This document shows positions 11,728 to 27,230 of a DNA stretch of 64,000 nucleotides, in pieces. The stretch is from NCBI GenBank assembly GCA_023213395.1, contig CM041465.1, positions 154,883,741-154,947,740 on the forward strand. Reading direction: 5' to 3'. The notes beneath the pieces are model-generated. The model had not been told where the DNA came from. It did not search any database and worked only from the letters and a program-made list of their open reading frames with translations. Positions within the stretch are counted from its first letter, which is position 1. The number at the start of each line of letters is the position of its first letter. The stretch is from Cycas panzhihuaensis. Taxonomy: Eukaryota > Plantae > Cycadophyta. The position numbers were made by a program, and so were the translations under genes.

Positions 11728-14700
11728 TGTTATGACTTGAGGGTTAATGTATACTAAATTTATTAAGAAGGATTATAAATTAGCTGCATTCAACAATAAA
11801 ATAATGAAAATATGAGATAGAACACCCAATATTAATGTATATTATTACAAAATAATATGGTCATCAAATTTGTTAAGTGATCATTCTTCATTTTAATAGA
11901 GCTTTTACATGGGAAAATAATCAATGTACAAAGCTTAGGGCATGAGCTTAATTTATAAGTAAACCATCCTAAAAATATAATGAAATCATTAGCTAACATA
12001 TTGACAAAGTGGGTGAACCTGACTAGTTTATCAATTACAACATAATTTACGAACAAGTGCCCTTAATATTACATTGAGTATAATGTACATATAAAATACA
12101 ATTACATAGAAGGTGTCATTACATGTTTTAACACCCTCTCTTAATGATAACTTCATTGGATTTAATGCTAAGGTCATGATGAAATCATTTAAATTTTGGT
12201 TTACCAAGTGCTTTAATGAAGATATATGCAACTTAGTCCTTAGTTGGTCGATATATAAGGTCTACTTCTTTATTTTGAACATGTTCATGAATGAAGTGAT
12301 AGTGGACCTTTATGTGCTTGGTTCTAGCATGGAAACAAGATTTTTTCTCATCTTTAATACACTTTAGTTATCACAATATAGAATGATAGTTGAAATCTAT
12401 TAAAGTCCAAGCTTGATAAGAATCCTTCTAAGCTAAATCAACTCTATAGTGGCATGAACAACTGCTTTGTATTCTGCTTTGGTGGATGAGGGAGCAACAT
12501 TAGGTTGTTTCTTACAGTTATAGGAGATTACAACTAAGTCCATGTTAAAATAACATCCTAATATTGAATGGCATGTATCTTAGCAACCTGCCCAATTAAC
12601 ATCTGTGTGTCCTTTCAAGGCAAAAAATTTAGTTTGGTTATATTCAAATCCAAATTGGTGTTTATCACATATGTACTTGAGGATCCTAGTTACAACCCTC
12701 CCATAAGATGCCTTGGACTTTGACATATACTTAGAGCAGATCCCATCTACATAAGCAATATTTGGGCGAGTGTGTATAAGTTAGATGAGGCTCCCAATTA
12801 ACTACCAATGCAATGTGGGATTGAAGAGCTTGCCTTGTTTATCTATGTTAAGTTTGGCTCTTATTTCCATAAGAATTGAGACTAGCTTATAATCTGTCAT
12901 TCTTAACTGATGTAAGAGTTTATTAGCATACTTTGATTGTGATAGGAATGTGTATCCTACTTCTTTCCATATTTCAATGCTAAGGAAATAGTATAACAAC
13001 CCAAGATCTTTCATCTCAAAGTGTCCTTTCAATTTAGATTATAACCAAGCTATGCCTTCATTATTATTACCTATGATTGCCAAGTTGTCCATGTAAAGAA
13101 CATTGATAGCAATTAAATTTCTTCTAATCCAAATGTATAGGTCTGAATTAGAGGGTGAATGATGGAATCTATACTATGTAAAAAAGGTATTAATTTTTGT
13201 ATACCATACACATGGTGCCTACTTCAGTTCATATAAGGCCTTCTTAAGTTTGTAGACTAGGTGTTCCTTACCAAGAATAACATAGTTGGGAGGATGTTTT
13301 AAGAAAACCTCTTCTATGAGCTCTCCATTTAGGAAAGCACTCTTCAGCACCAAATGGAATGTGATCATGTTAGCTATCGGTACAAAGGTCTCATCATAGT
13401 CTATCCCCTCATACTATTTAAAGTCTTTTATAACTAGATGAGCTTTGTGACACTTGATAGTGCCATCTACATAGAATTTAGTCTTGTAAAGCCATTGATA
13501 GTTAATTGGATTTTTACTAGGTGATAGTTCTATTAACTCCCACACATTACTTTTAAGGATATAATTCATCTCTTCATCTATTGCTACTTTCTACATTTAG
13601 TCTTTGATTACCTCCTCAAACATGGAAGGCTCAGAGGTCTTAAGGATACATACCATTAAAGTAAAGTTAGTGGAGTGTCTTATTTTATACTCTCTTTTGG
13701 GAGCTAAGGGAGAAGGACGAGCATCCTTTAGTAATTTTTAAACCCACTAAGGAGGTGATTGAAAACTAATGGCCTCCACTTGAATATCATCAACTGATAT
13801 GGGTGGCATTGATGTGCTAGAATCTAATGTACATGTTAAGGTTGTTATAGCTAAAGATGAACTAGTGTGTAGGAAGATGTGGATGTTGGTGGCTCCAAAA
13901 TTAGTACAAGATGTACTTTAGGTACACCAATATCATTTTCTACTATAAACTAGATTTGTGAAAGATCCAAGTTCTAAGTATTTTCAACAAATATTATATC
14001 CTGAGTAGTGTAGACTTGGTTTCTAATAGTTTTATAAACTTTATAAGCTTTGCAGCTAGGTACATAACCAAGGAAAATATACTCGAGACTTTTGTCATCT
14101 AGCTTCTTCCTATTCTCCTTGGGAATGAATTTGTGGGTTGTGCATATAAATGTCTTTAAGTGAGAAACTGTTGGTTTGATTCCTAGCTAAGCCTCCTCAA
14201 GGATGATATCTCTAACTGCTACTTTGGTATTTCTGTTAGATAGATATACAATAGTTGATATAGCTTCAGCCCAAAACTTAGTAGTGAGATTTGTAGCACC
14301 CAACATGGCTTTTTCTTTATTCATCTTTTGTTAAGGTATATGAGGTTGCCGAGAATTGGCATTTGATATTATATTATTTGCAGAAGTTGGTGAATTAATT
14401 TGATATATATTCCCCTCCATTATTAGATCTTAGCACTTTTATATTTATGCCACTTTTATTCTCTACCTTAGCCTTGAATTATTTGAATTTGTCAAGGGCT
14501 TAGTACTCATTCCTTAGGAAGTAAACCCACATTTTCCTAGAATAGTCATCTATATATGTCATAAAAAGTAGGCTTCCATTGAGAGAGAAAACTAACATGG
14601 GTCCACAAATGTTTAAGTGGACTAATCCTAATGGTTCTAAGGATATCTATGCTTTCTTGGATAGGAAATTTTCTCTTTGTTATTTTTCCACTAAATAGAC

Positions 14701-16790
14701 CTCACAAATACATCTATTTCTCCTAATGATTGGAAGTCTATGCACCATATATAGCCTAGACATGAGATTTAAGCTTTGTAAGGCATTGATTCTATAGTTG
14801 GTCCTTGGTACTATTTCAGGTAGGATTTTTATTAGAATTTAAGCATTCACCTTATTCTTGGACAAAAGATGGGTATTTAACCATAATAACTTTCCCCTTA
14901 TCAAGTTGATTATTCTATGCCATTGAATAGGATTCTTGTGGTGGACTAGTGGTGACGGGAATCCATTGAGCTTGTATAAGCTACTATCATCACATCCTGT
15001 TGCAATAAGTTATCTAATAGCATGGTTACCGATAGTAAAGATGCCTTGAATAAAGAGGACACTTAGGTTCTACATGCCAATTTGATTGATAGAGAGTAGG
15101 TTAATCTTCATGTTTGGGGCTAAGAACATATTGTCGATGTGTTGTTAGATTTTAGAATCCCTTAATGCAATGGGAGCCCTTCATATTTTGGTCATATTAT
15201 AAGTAAGGTTATCTCTAAATGTGACAAATTATGATTGAATTGGATTGGTCTCCTCCAACAACTCTTCAATGCCTATTATGTAATGTCAAGCATCTGAATC
15301 TAGTAACCAAGAATTATTATCATGTTGGGATAACAAGGCTATAAAGAATAAATTTTGGAAGATATCTTGAGTGTCTACCACATTGCCTCCTTATTAAGAT
15401 TTTTAGTTATTCCTTGAGAATCTTGGTTGGAACCTTTATCTATTTGATTGGCATTGGTTCTGATTTTGTCTAGTTGATTTGGTGTTGGTTTGGTTGTTGA
15501 TAAGTTGGTCCTCCTTATGGAAAGTTGTGGTCTCCTTATTAGAAGTGAAGGGCTCATTGTTGAGGACTTGGACCACATGGGTAGGAGCTAGGGCTATCTT
15601 ATTGAACGTTTGACCCACAAAATTAATCCCCTTAATTTTAATACATCTAAAAAATAACTCATCTTCTCCTACAATTAATAGCTAGATGTTTACTCTTCTC
15701 ATAATACATCCAAGTGATATTTTATTAATACTATTGATTCCTTGGTTATTGTAGTTTATATGGTTGTTGAGGTTGTTGAGCCTATTATGATGAAGTACCA
15801 ACCTATTGAGACTATTATTGCTGATATATTAGCTACTAATGTGGTTGTTGTAAGATGTTAAGGGAGTCAAACTATTGCTTAAGTGTTTGTTAATGACATA
15901 GTTACTTGCTTGGCTGTTGAGCTGGTTTATTCTTTCTTGAATTCTTAGTTGTAAATGCAAGCATAGAGTTAGAGGCAAATGCCACTCCTTGGTGATTGAG
16001 GGTGTTTTCCTCCTTAAGTAAAATTCCTTCAAAAGTGATTAAGTATATTTTGGTACAGTTATTAGAAAGTTTGTATACAAAGCTATTGTATTCAATAGGA
16101 AGGATATTAAGGATGTTAGATACTAGGTTATGATCTGAAAAATGTTCACCAAGGATTATGATTTGGTTTCTTCTTGTTTTGACCTCAGTTAAGTGGGTAG
16201 TAACAGTTCTAGCAAAAGGTATTCTACACAAGCATACCTTTGAAGTTAAAGATTAGAGCATAAGATGGTTTAAGCCTCATGAGGGGTTTGGGCAGTTTCT
16301 ATATTTTGATCCACTTGATCTTTTATAATTAGGTGGAGGAATGACAAGGCTATATTATCCTTAACTTTAAAGTTATCTAAGACAATGAGATCAAGTGAAA
16401 TTTTAATTTAAGGATCATTTAGATCCTTGGTAGGTATACGTAGGTGTATGTCTCCATTGACATTATCCTAATAGTCCTTCATGATGAGAAGATTTTTAAC
16501 TTATTTCTTCTAAGTTAAAAAATTATTTATGCACTAAGTGTAATAGTGTTAGATGAGCAGTTGGGTTTCCATTTAATATATCCTTTAATGTAGGCCTTAG
16601 TATCTTTTAGTGGTTTTCTTTTTTTCTTTTTCTTGTCATATCTACCTAGGGGAATACTAAGCTAAAATTCTAAGTTTAGAGGTCTCTAGGAAGCCCTAGA
16701 TTATTATTTTATCTAGTGGCACATGTCTATAAGTGGAAAATTAGTGACCCTATATATTGGTACATGAGGTTAAGGCTCTATATACCTTAG
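11728..16790 (-). mobile_element. Heavily decayed Copia element (gag-PR-INT-RT-RH, 3' LTR ~11728-12133, 5' LTR missing)
   Basis: Minus strand: UBN2-like gag (~16.5-15.9 kb), protease SWLLDSDA (~15300), integrase VHLNICGPM...IDDYSRKMWVYFL (~14600), RT FEMKDLGLLYYFLSIE (12802-13032). PPT TAAGAGAGGG-TGTT at 12130-12143; degenerate PBS GGCTCTATATACC at ~16774-16786. Confidence 0.85.
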
Positions 16791-18232
16791 TACGCAATCT
16801 GCTATGAAGGTCAAAGATCCCTATAACTTATTGATCCACCTACATTAGACTTATGCCTAGCGATAGATCCAGCTGAGAGCTAAAAGCCAAGGCACTTGTT
16901 CCCTCTAAGTTTAGCCTAGTCTCTAAACTCTAAAGTAGGGTTTAACACCTTATACTTCCACTTAATATATCTTATAACCAATAATTTTCTCTAATATCCT
17001 TAGAGTTCAAGAAAAACTAAAGACATATGCAGAGTGGTAACTTTAAGGGTCCTAACCATTCCCCTTGCAAAGTTAAAAAGAGTTTTCTTATAAACTAGGA
17101 ATTATCTTTCTTAATTTTGAGTTAAAAATAAATTTTAGGATGTGATATTATTTACATATAAGGTTACTTTTATAAAAAGTGAAAGTAAAAAAACTAAGAA
17201 AAATAACTTAAAAGAAAGAAAATGATAGGGTTAGGGTACTTTTTTTGATGGACTTTGTACAAACGAAGCCTAACCTCCTTCACCCAAGAGGACACCTATA
17301 ACTATAAAACACAAGCACTTATTAGCTAAAGAAAACTAGATAGGACAATATATAGAAGATGTATAAATAGCATTCAGTAGCTAGAATCTATGCAAAATAT
17401 GAAAAGAGTGGATATATCCTTCATCTCCATACACTAAACACAAAGGAAAACATGGGAGTAAAAGAGATTTGAGAGAAGAGAGTAGCTCTCATAAAATGGG
17501 GAGATAAGAATGAGCCTCTTCCATTGAGCTTTTACTTTTATATTATGAGAGGGAGCATTAAAGTTAGGTGAAATGAAATTATACACAATGCACATGAAAG
17601 TACATTTCACTTAAGTGATATAATCTAAAGTTCATTTAAGATCCTTTTTAGAAATAATCAACTAATGTAATCAACTAATCTAATAGTGATGAAAAGGAAC
17701 CTAAAAATTTAGAATCTGCCCTTTCAAAGGTAGATAACAGTCATATGCAGATAAATATGATAAAAAATTAGGCCCACAGTATAGATCCCAATATAAAATT
17801 AAATTTGATTTAATTTAAACTAAACATTAGAAAAAATTAAAGATGAAAATCAAATTTTCATGAGGAATAACTTTCGTGTAACATTTTACACAGAATAGAC
17901 AACTTTTCATGATGAACTCTCTTCAAAATCAATTTAACTCTAGTTAGATCAACTTTATGAGAGTACAACACCTCCATACAATTGATTTCTAAACTGATAT
18001 GAGGTGAAATAAGTTCAAATAGGACTAGACTGAATCATACAAATGTGGGATGGCCTTAGGGTAAACTGGAGTAATCTAGAGGTGAAATCTCTCTAGAGAT
18101 TAGTCAAGAATATCCTTAAGACTCCTGCGTAGCTCCTCAAATTATCTGTAGACTAACAAAAAATATATTAAAGAGCAAATAGGTAATTTTTAAACCATCA
18201 TACATTGGTATATAGAAAAAATGGAGGCTAAA

Positions 18233-21200
18233 TGTTTCCTGGCTACTGCAAATGGATCAAGACACTATCACATAGGTATGATTAGGTATATACCCTATCT
18301 CTTGCATTCTATCACATTCTTAAGGTCATCATAATATATGATGTTTATATGGCTACTTGAGTGGTTGATTAGCTTGTTTGTGCATGACTTTTTGCCTATG
18401 ATAACTAGGACTCTGGTCCAATGGCATGATAGCTCCCTGATGATCACCCTCCTAGCTGCAGGTACTCATTAGCTTCTATAGCCTAACTTACATGCACCTT
18501 GACCTACTTTGTTATATCTTCCCCTTCTCCTCTCTATCTCATCTATCCCTCGATCTGTCCAGAGTAGTTTACTAAGAGTTTTAGTGGGTACGTATCCCCC
18601 CATTGCCCACTCTTATGAGATTTCCCCATTTACCTCATCAAGATTCACTGCCTAGCCTCTCTTTATATTCTGGCACCTTGATTGTCACCATTTTCATGAG
18701 GTTCTGACCTTATTAGGTGACTTTGTCATGTATTTCTATAAGTTGTTAGCATATATAGTGGTTATAGGTTAGTGCATAGACCTCTAAGGAGGATTCCTAC
18801 GCCTTTGCCAAGGCTTGCTCCTCCTTTCTCACCTTTTTCATTATTTATTTTTATTATTTTATGTTTCTATCATTACCTTGCATCCATTTATGCCTGCCCC
18901 ACCTTGATTATTGTGCACCACTAATATGTAAGTGGTGCTACTTATATATTAGTGATGCTATGAATAAATTTGTGGTGCAACTTTTTTGTGGTTAGTCATG
19001 GCTAGAAATGGCTAGTTCTAATAATTATGGCTGGATGATACACTATCTTGCCTCTGGACCTACCTAGATCAGGCCCTAATGGCCCGAGGCCTCCCAAAAC
19101 GAATAAAATCCCCAAATTTAAATTCATTTTGAGATTCAATCAATTAAGAAAATATTCTATCATCATTTTTTATAGGAAACAAGTTCTCTTCTCTCATTCT
19201 CTCTTCTCCAACTCTCTTCCACTCCTCCTACACAAAAATTATAGGTTTCTTCCACAAGTAAGGAGAGGCTATCCCAAGAGTAAGCCAAGCTTGCAAGGAG
19301 GTCCTTTCAATCAGGAAAACAGTAGGGCATCTCCTTCTTTCCTTCACAAAATAGAGGTTTCTTCTCCTCCAACATTGCTCCTCACCTAGAGTCATTAATC
19401 TTGTATGGTAAATCTATTTTTTCTAAATTTCCTTTGCAAGAATCTCTCTTTTTATGATTTATTCCTTACTATGTTTAGGTATATGACCCTAGATTTATGC
19501 TTAGATTAGTTTTGCATTGATTTTAGGCTATCTTTCACCTAGTATAAAGGGGCAATACCTCCTTTTCATTACTCTACTCATCCTCCACACATCAAATCAA
19601 TTGGCCTATGGAAAAAAGGAATCCAAACCAAGCCAAGGGAGCTTGTGAAGAGGTCCATAGGCTAGAGTTTCAACTCCTAAAACCACCTCTTGCTTGGGTA
19701 ATCCCCTCCCCCATGCTTTGAGGAACCTTTCCTTATGTTCCACCACTAGTTTTAGGATTTTGGTTTGTTGTGAGGCCTATAAACATGCCTATCAACTTTG
19801 TATTTACTTATAAACCCTAGCCAAGTGAGCTATCTATAGCTCATAGGGATCTACCACTATTTAGAGGAGCTTTCCATCCTAAGGCAACATCCATTTTTTT
19901 TCTCTTTTCATATATGTTATGATCATTATACATAGACACAAAAATCATTAAACAAGAAGTATGTAATGTTGTATTTGTTTCTCCTTTAGTTTACAAATCA
20001 ACATACTAATGTTGCTTATTAAGGACACACATATATATACATATGTTGCTTGTGGGAAGACTTGCTCTCTTTCAGGCTATAGGTCAGAGATCGTTTTTAC
20101 GAATCAAATGACATATCACAAAAAGATAACATTTTGTTTGTTCTAAGTTTTGTTTCTGCTTTGTTTCTATTTTTATTCTTTCATTACTTCTTGATTGGGG
20201 ATGGTAAGTAAGCCCTATTTGGAGGTTAGGGGAAGGTAAGGAAGCCCCTCCCTCTAACTCTAGTGACTTTTGTGATAAGCAATGGAAACACAGGTAATGA
20301 CAACTCATGGGGACACATTGTGAGGAGTGATAATAATGGGTGCTACGAAATGCAGCACCAAACGTCACAACCAAGTGCCTTATTTCTTACACACCCTTCT
20401 CCCTCTCTCTTTCTTCCCCATTCCATTTCTCATTTCATAGAATCAAGAAAAAAATAAAGAAAGAATTGGAAAAGTTTCTTTTCTGAAAGGTTTCTTTAAG
20501 TGCATGTCATAAAAAGGGAAGAGAGAAAAGTATACTTTTTGGATACCTTTTAGGAAACATTCATTAGATCCTTCATTTCCCAAAGATGCTAATCCTCCTC
20601 TTACTAAAGATGAGGTATATCCATGCAAGGCAACACCTTGTGTTGAACATTTCCCTTTTGTCCTCCCATACCTTTATCCCTCATTGCATTTATTTAGAGG
20701 CAAAAGAGAGTGAGGGGACTAAAGAGGGAAAGAGTTGCACATTTGTTTTGTATGCTTGTTGTGGTCATTTACATGTTTTATTTCTTTGGCAGTAGCCATC
20801 TTTATATGACTTTGAAATGACACCTCAAACCCACATAAATAATACCAAACTACACCTTACAACATAAGAATTCATAAACTTAAAGACTATTCTATTCATT
20901 TTGGTAACCCGAAAAGACTTCATAACTTAGTCGCCATGAGATATTTGTGGCTTTCCTACACCCTTTTTTTATTACATGCATGCACCATCCCATTCTTCTT
21001 GTTACTCAAGAAGAATTTGCAACTTGGTTGCTTCTTGGATGGTTGTAACATTCTCTCCTTCTTGGAGACTCAACACTCAAAACCCTACCCCCTTTTTGAG
21101 AAACTTCTAGACTTCGAGTAGACTTATTAAAACTGCCTCTTGTCTTTCTACCACTCCTCTTCTTCTTTACTTACCTCTTTTTCTAAAAGGAGGTCTAGCT

Positions 21201-21467
21201 CATCTTCTCTACCTATAAGGATAAGAGAGATCTCTTTAGGCTATTCAACTACCTAAAGATGTCTCGTTGCCCAATTCAAACCAAGAAAGGTATCCAGAAG
21301 GAAGAGAAGGTTATTACGCTATTTGTGGGTCCCTGAATCTAGTTTCAATATGCACACACCCTTTGAGGATGACCTATCATTTCTTCAAGGCCTCTAGGCC
21401 CTTTTTATATCATTAGAATTTATTTATAGGTCCTTATCCATAATGAACCCCTAGAGGTTTGCTTCTA
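18233..21467 (+). repeat. 5' LTR of element A (~3.2 kb)
   Basis: Colinear with 31503-34783 from TGTTTC...AATGGATCAAGAC to GGTTTGCTTCTA. Confidence 0.9.
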
Positions 21468-22779
21468 TTGGTGACCATACTAGGATCCACCAGTAATGGA
21501 ATACCATAGTTCCCTTTGTGTTAGCATTTGCCTTTCTTTTATTTCCATACCTCCTAGGTTTATTGCGTAACCCCGAATGCCTCCATTATTTTATTGTTTC
21601 TTTAGTGATTTCAAGCAAGACGTGAATGTGACATTTCTCTCATCACCTGTGAGGTATTCCCCTTGTCTTGGAAGAGTCTTCATATTCCTCCATCCCCTTA
21701 TCCAATTCCAAATTAGAAATGGAGGGATACCTATTGGAGTGGGTATACCGTGCCTATATTTCTGAAATCTGAGCTCAAATTTTAGCTTTCCTCCAAGATC
21801 CTCCCTAAGAGGGAAATGATCCCATCTTCTACCTAGGTGACCAAGAGCACCCATACTATCACCAATTTCGTACACACAACATAGGTGCATCTACTTCTAT
21901 GGAGTACTATCACCTTGGTGACAGTCCCCATGAGGAACAACATATGGGTTCTGCCTCATATAAAGAGTCTTCCACCTCATATGAGTAAGCAGGAACCCCT
22001 CACGTAGATGTCATAGAGGCATTATAATAATGCTTCCAAGCTGCAAGTGCCCAACCACCTTTGAAGCAGCTGGAAAGCATCCTTTGTAGCATGGCACCAT
22101 CCTCTTCCACATTTGTGCCTTCCAGTTCCTCTCAAATCACATCCATGGTCATGATAGGACCCGCTCCTATTATTTCCTCTTCTTAATACATCCCCCATGT
22201 CTAAGGGACTATTCAAGGTACACTCACATCCCAAATTAGTTTGAGTATGTCTCTCCCAAATTAGGCAACCAAGCCTCAACTAATCATGGTTCATACTCCT
22301 CTTGCACGATCTAAGGGACCTTCACGTCCCAAATCTTTAGGCCATGTGGGACCCATCCCTGCGTGCCCTTATCCATAACCAGTGGACCCTTCTCTTTACA
22401 TGCCTCTAAGGTATATATCCCAACCTTAGGGACATGGAAAGGGAAAACCTCTTCTAGTTTATGGGGTGGATCCATTACACCCTTATAGAGTCACACCTCC
22501 TCAAGTGGCCTATTTGGGCAAAACCCCATGTCTCATCTACCCTCATCTTTTTTACGTTCTACTATGTACATGATGCCTTCATGAGGAGGGTTCACCCCTC
22601 CTCAAGGTGCATTCTCTTATATGCCCTCCTAATAAGGTGCATATCCTCAAGGTGAAGTGGGCGCCTCTTGCTCACTTTCCTCCTATCCAACCTTCCCTCA
22701 AATGTGAATGGTTCCTTCACACTAGTCAGGAGGGAACCCATATCCCTCATATGCTCAAACCCCTCAAGGAGGACCTGGG

Positions 22780-24603
22780 TATTTGTATTTGCCCCCTCCT
22801 TTATCTCTTGTTAACCCTTTATCTCAACTTAGGGTTTGTCCCTTCATTGACTATAGGTCAACCCTATTATCCATCAAGGTGCTTAGGACTAACCTACCAC
22901 CTCACCTTCCAGAGGTACCCAAATTTGATGGTAGCTCATCACAAGACCCAACTCAACATGTCAAGCATTTCTCCATGGTATGTATCGATTATTGGGCTTA
23001 TAACCACATCCTAATAAAATTGTTTCCTTGATCTTTACATGGAGATGCCCTTAAATGGTTTTATCGTCTCCCTAACCACTCAATCCACACCTTCCAACAA
23101 CTTATGGATGAGTTTTTCAATTACTTTGATGTATCTCATCCCTTTAAGAGTGGGATCAAATCCTTACTCTCTCTTAAGCAAGGTCACAATGAAATGAATC
23201 ATGACTTTGTGATGTATTTTCATGACCTTCTCTATTCCACAAAGGCCACATTACCTAAGGAATTGAAGAGGGACATTTTCATGAATGCCCTCTATCCTGA
23301 AGTCCATATCAAAGTCCTCAAAATGGGATCAACAACGTGTGAGTCTGCCATAGTAAATGCTTAGTGCTCAAGGCTATTAAGATCTAAGTTGGTCTCAAAA
23401 AACCTTTTAGGTCACCGCAACAATGTGAGGAACCGCATCTATCATATGACTAAGGATCCCAACAACCTCAAAGGCCTCCTACCCATATAATGGAAAAGAC
23501 CTTGGATCCCCTAACTTCTGCCATATGTTCATTTGAACATATAATAAAGGAGTTAAAGCTCCAACCCTCTCAATCCCCTTCAGATTCTCATAGGCCTCTC
23601 TATCAGGCATCTCAAGCCACACTGCCTAAACATAGAAACACCTAAGCTTCTCAAGTAAGGTGGGCAAAAGCATCCCTTAAGAAGAAATGGTGCTCTATCA
23701 ATGATGAGTGCCTACATGAAGATTCACAATATTGGGTACAACACCCCGAGCTTGCCCCACCATGTGATTCTTCTTCTAAATAGGCATCTAGGCCTAACTT
23801 AGACTAACTTATTTATTATGACCCCTTTCCCAAACAAGGGGAATGGGATTAATCCACTCAAGATAGAGAGACAAGGAACAAGGGATGATCCCCCAATCCC
23901 ACTCCTAAGTAAACTAAAGGAAAGTCGGTAAGGGGTTTGTCTTTCACTCTTGCTTCTCATCTGCAATCTTCTTCTTCTTCTCAACCCTAAAATAAGGGGA
24001 AGAGAGTTATTTAGCTACTTGAGACCACCCCTTTATGCCCTATCATGATGTCTCAAGCAACTAGGGAAGCCATTGGGGCCCCTGCTTCCCAACAAAACCC
24101 CCTTGCAAATAATCTGTCCTCCAAGATCCCTATGGTCCCAAAGACCATTCTTGTCTACCCTAGGCATTATGACTTTTGAAGGGCAATTCCCCAACCTACC
24201 AAGAAGGGGAAATCATTCTCTATAGTTGATAAGCTCCATAATGTGGCCACAAGAATGTCCATGATGGATATTCTACAGAGTTGCCCTGAGCAACATGCTT
24301 TTCTTTTTGTGACTTTGGGTCAAACCAATATCCTTATTCATGCTTTGGGTATTACCCCAATCTAGGAGCTCCTTATTACTTTTGACATTAAATACCTCCT
24401 ACCCATAAGTGAAAGGGAGCACCAATGGCACTACCATTTCACTATTTCTATTGACACTCTTGAGTGTACACTTAGAAGGATGGTTATAGACAATGATTCT
24501 TCTGTTAATGCTATGCCCTTGCACATAATGCAAGAGTTGGGTATAGTAGCCCTTGAACTAGTTCCATGGCAATGTCAAGGCTATGATGGTAATGAAAAGA
24601 TAC
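22780..24603 (+). pseudogene. Gypsy gag and truncated protease of element A
   Basis: PEVPKFDGSSSQDPTQHVKHF...LIKLFP*SLHGDALKWFY (retrotransposon gag); LRRMVIDNDSSVNAMPL (aspartic protease). Confidence 0.85.
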
Positions 24604-26449
24604 CACAAACCCTTAATTAACATTTTAAAGAAAGGGGCTCCATTTGTATGGTCCACTAAAGCCCAGGAAGCATTCTAAGAGCTTAAAAGAGACCTGGTTT
24701 CCCCCCCATCTTGGCATCCCCTCTCTTTAATCACTTATTTATTCTATATACCTTAGCTATTAACAACTCCTTGGGAGCCATGTTAGCCTAAGAAGACAAC
24801 GTTTGAGCTGAGTGAGCTATATATTTCATCAGCTACACGTTTGTAGCAGTTAAGCTAAACTACCCTCCCACCAAAAGGGAATGCCTAGCCTTAGTCCACA
24901 TAACTAAGAAGTTTAGGCACTACCTCTTAGGAAATACCACCCATGTGATCATCCAATCTGATTCATTGAGGTACCTCTTAACCTAGTCCAACTTGATAGG
25001 AAGGACAAGCAAATGGGCCATCCTCCTCCAAGAATATGACCTCAAAATTATCAATAGGAAATCTAAGAAGGGAATGGTGGTTACTGAGTAATTAGTTGAT
25101 GCCCTCATTCCAAATCTCTCTACCCATCTAATCAATGATTCATTACCTAATGAGCCCATCTTGGACCTATAGGATTCATATCCCCATCCACTAACTGACA
25201 ACTAATGGTATGGGTTTATTATTCAATACCTTACCCAACAACAATACCCTTCAAACACTAGTGACAAAGTAAAGTCATATATTAGAGCTACTACTAGGTA
25301 ATACTTCCTTATAGAGGAGGTGTTGTACAAAAGATCTTTTGATAAAATGCTCCTCAATTGCATCAATCCTGATGAAGCAAACCAAATCCTCCATGAGTGT
25401 CATAGTGGCATTTTTGAAGGTCATTTTGGGGGCTAATCCATCGTACAAAGGATCCTTCACATGGGTTACTATTTGATGACCCTCTTCAAGGATGCCCATG
25501 CCCATACACAACATTGTCGCAAGTGCTAGGAGCGTGACAACATCTTCTATTTGCCCTCTGGGACCCTCCATCCTATTATCTCCCCATGGCCTTTCTACTA
25601 ATGGGGATTAAACCTCATTAGAGTTATCACTTCTCTTTTATCGTTACAACATAAGTTTATCTTAATCGTGATAGAATACTTCACCAAATGGGCTAAAGTA
25701 ATCCAATTATCATCTACTACTGGTAATATAATTACCACTTTCATTTATCAATACATTATTTATCCATTCGACATCCCAGATATCCTAATCATAGATAATG
25801 GCACTCTTTTCACAACAAAGAGATGGATAAACTTTATGAGAAATTCAAGATATCTCACAAGACCTCATCTCCCTACTACTCATAGATTAATGGCCACATT
25901 AAATCATTTAATAAATCTTTTATCAACATTTTAAAGAAGATGGTTGCCCAATCCCAAAGGAATTGGCACCTTTAGCTCCATTCTGCCTTATGGGCCAATT
26001 ATACCTTTATTCATACTGTGACAAGAATGACCCCATTCTCCCTTATCTATAGGACTAAAGCAATCCTCTCCCTAGAAGTTGTGATCTTTTGCTTGAGAGT
26101 TTCCCTCAGGGGTCTCGTTGATGAGGAGTCATGTCGCTAGACTCACCTCCTAGACTTTAAAACCTTGGATGAGAGATGCTTGGTAGCATACCACGCTAAT
26201 CTCGCCTCCAAGAATAGAATACAAAAGACATATGATAAACATCTATGCCCTCACCCTTTAAATATTGGGGACCATGTCCTCAAATTAGAGTACCTCCATG
26301 ATCACCTATCTAAATTTGCCCCCAAATGAGTGGGCCCCTTTATTGTTCTCAAGAGCCTCGACAATGACGTGTATAGGATAGTGACATTGGAAGGGCTTGA
26401 ATTTGACAAAGCCATAAACATAAAGTTCCTAAAGAAGTTTTATGTATGA
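24604..26449 (+). pseudogene. Gypsy RNase H and integrase of element A
   Basis: KGAPFVWSTKAQEAF, LNYPPTKRECLALV, HECHSG, WPFY*WGLN, IEYFTKW, IDNGT, FAPK*VGPF, INIKFLKKFYV*. Confidence 0.9.
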
Positions 26450-27090
26450 TCCCTTCTATGTCTGAGTAGAATGGATTCTCTTCATTCACTTCAAAATGAG
26501 CCTAAACTACCTCCCACATGCTTCACCATGCCTTTATATTAGGGGCATGATATGTGACTAGATCTTGGGTTGCTTTGTATGTTGATGAGGAATCCACACC
26601 CCTTTTCGAAGGAGTTGCCTGCCCTTCCCTTTAATAATAAAGTACCCTTTTTTATTTATATATAAATAATTATTTATTCATATCAGTTTGATGCCACACC
26701 TGTGGTTAGGGTTCCATCCAAGGACGCAACTTAGTTTTGCTTCTGAGCATGAGTTGCTACTTGGAAAAGCCCTTGGGGATAATCCATATCCCTCTTTTTG
26801 TTCTTTGCGGTATCTGCACCCTTCTCGTTGCTTTCTTCTTAGGATCCCCATATCCCATCTGAGGGACATGCAAAATCCCCTCATCCTAGTCTCATGCAAG
26901 GTTGCCTACCACATAGGGTGATCATGTGTGCCTAGTGTGAGTGCATGCTACATAAAAGAAGGCATCCCAATTGCAAGCATCCACATATATATGATACAAT
27001 AAATATAAATCAATCTATGCTATGATAACTACATATATACATCCATAATTAAAACAAGTGCAACATGTTAAAATAGGATACCAATGTGGC

Positions 27091-27230
27091 CTCTCTCTTT
27101 TCTCTGTCTCTATCTCTATCTCTGTCTCTGTCTCTCTGTCTCGTCTCATGCATGCATTGTCTCTCTCTGTATCTCTCTCTCTCTCTTTGTATATATATAC
27201 ACACACACACACACACATTCATATATATAT
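27091..27230. repeat. Compound microsatellite (CT/CTCTGT, AC, AT)
   Basis: Seen directly. Confidence 0.9.

Noticed and set aside
18214-18232. Purine-rich run before LTR A as a PPT (tandem Tat)
   Set aside because: The upstream sequence does not match the 3' UTR of element A.
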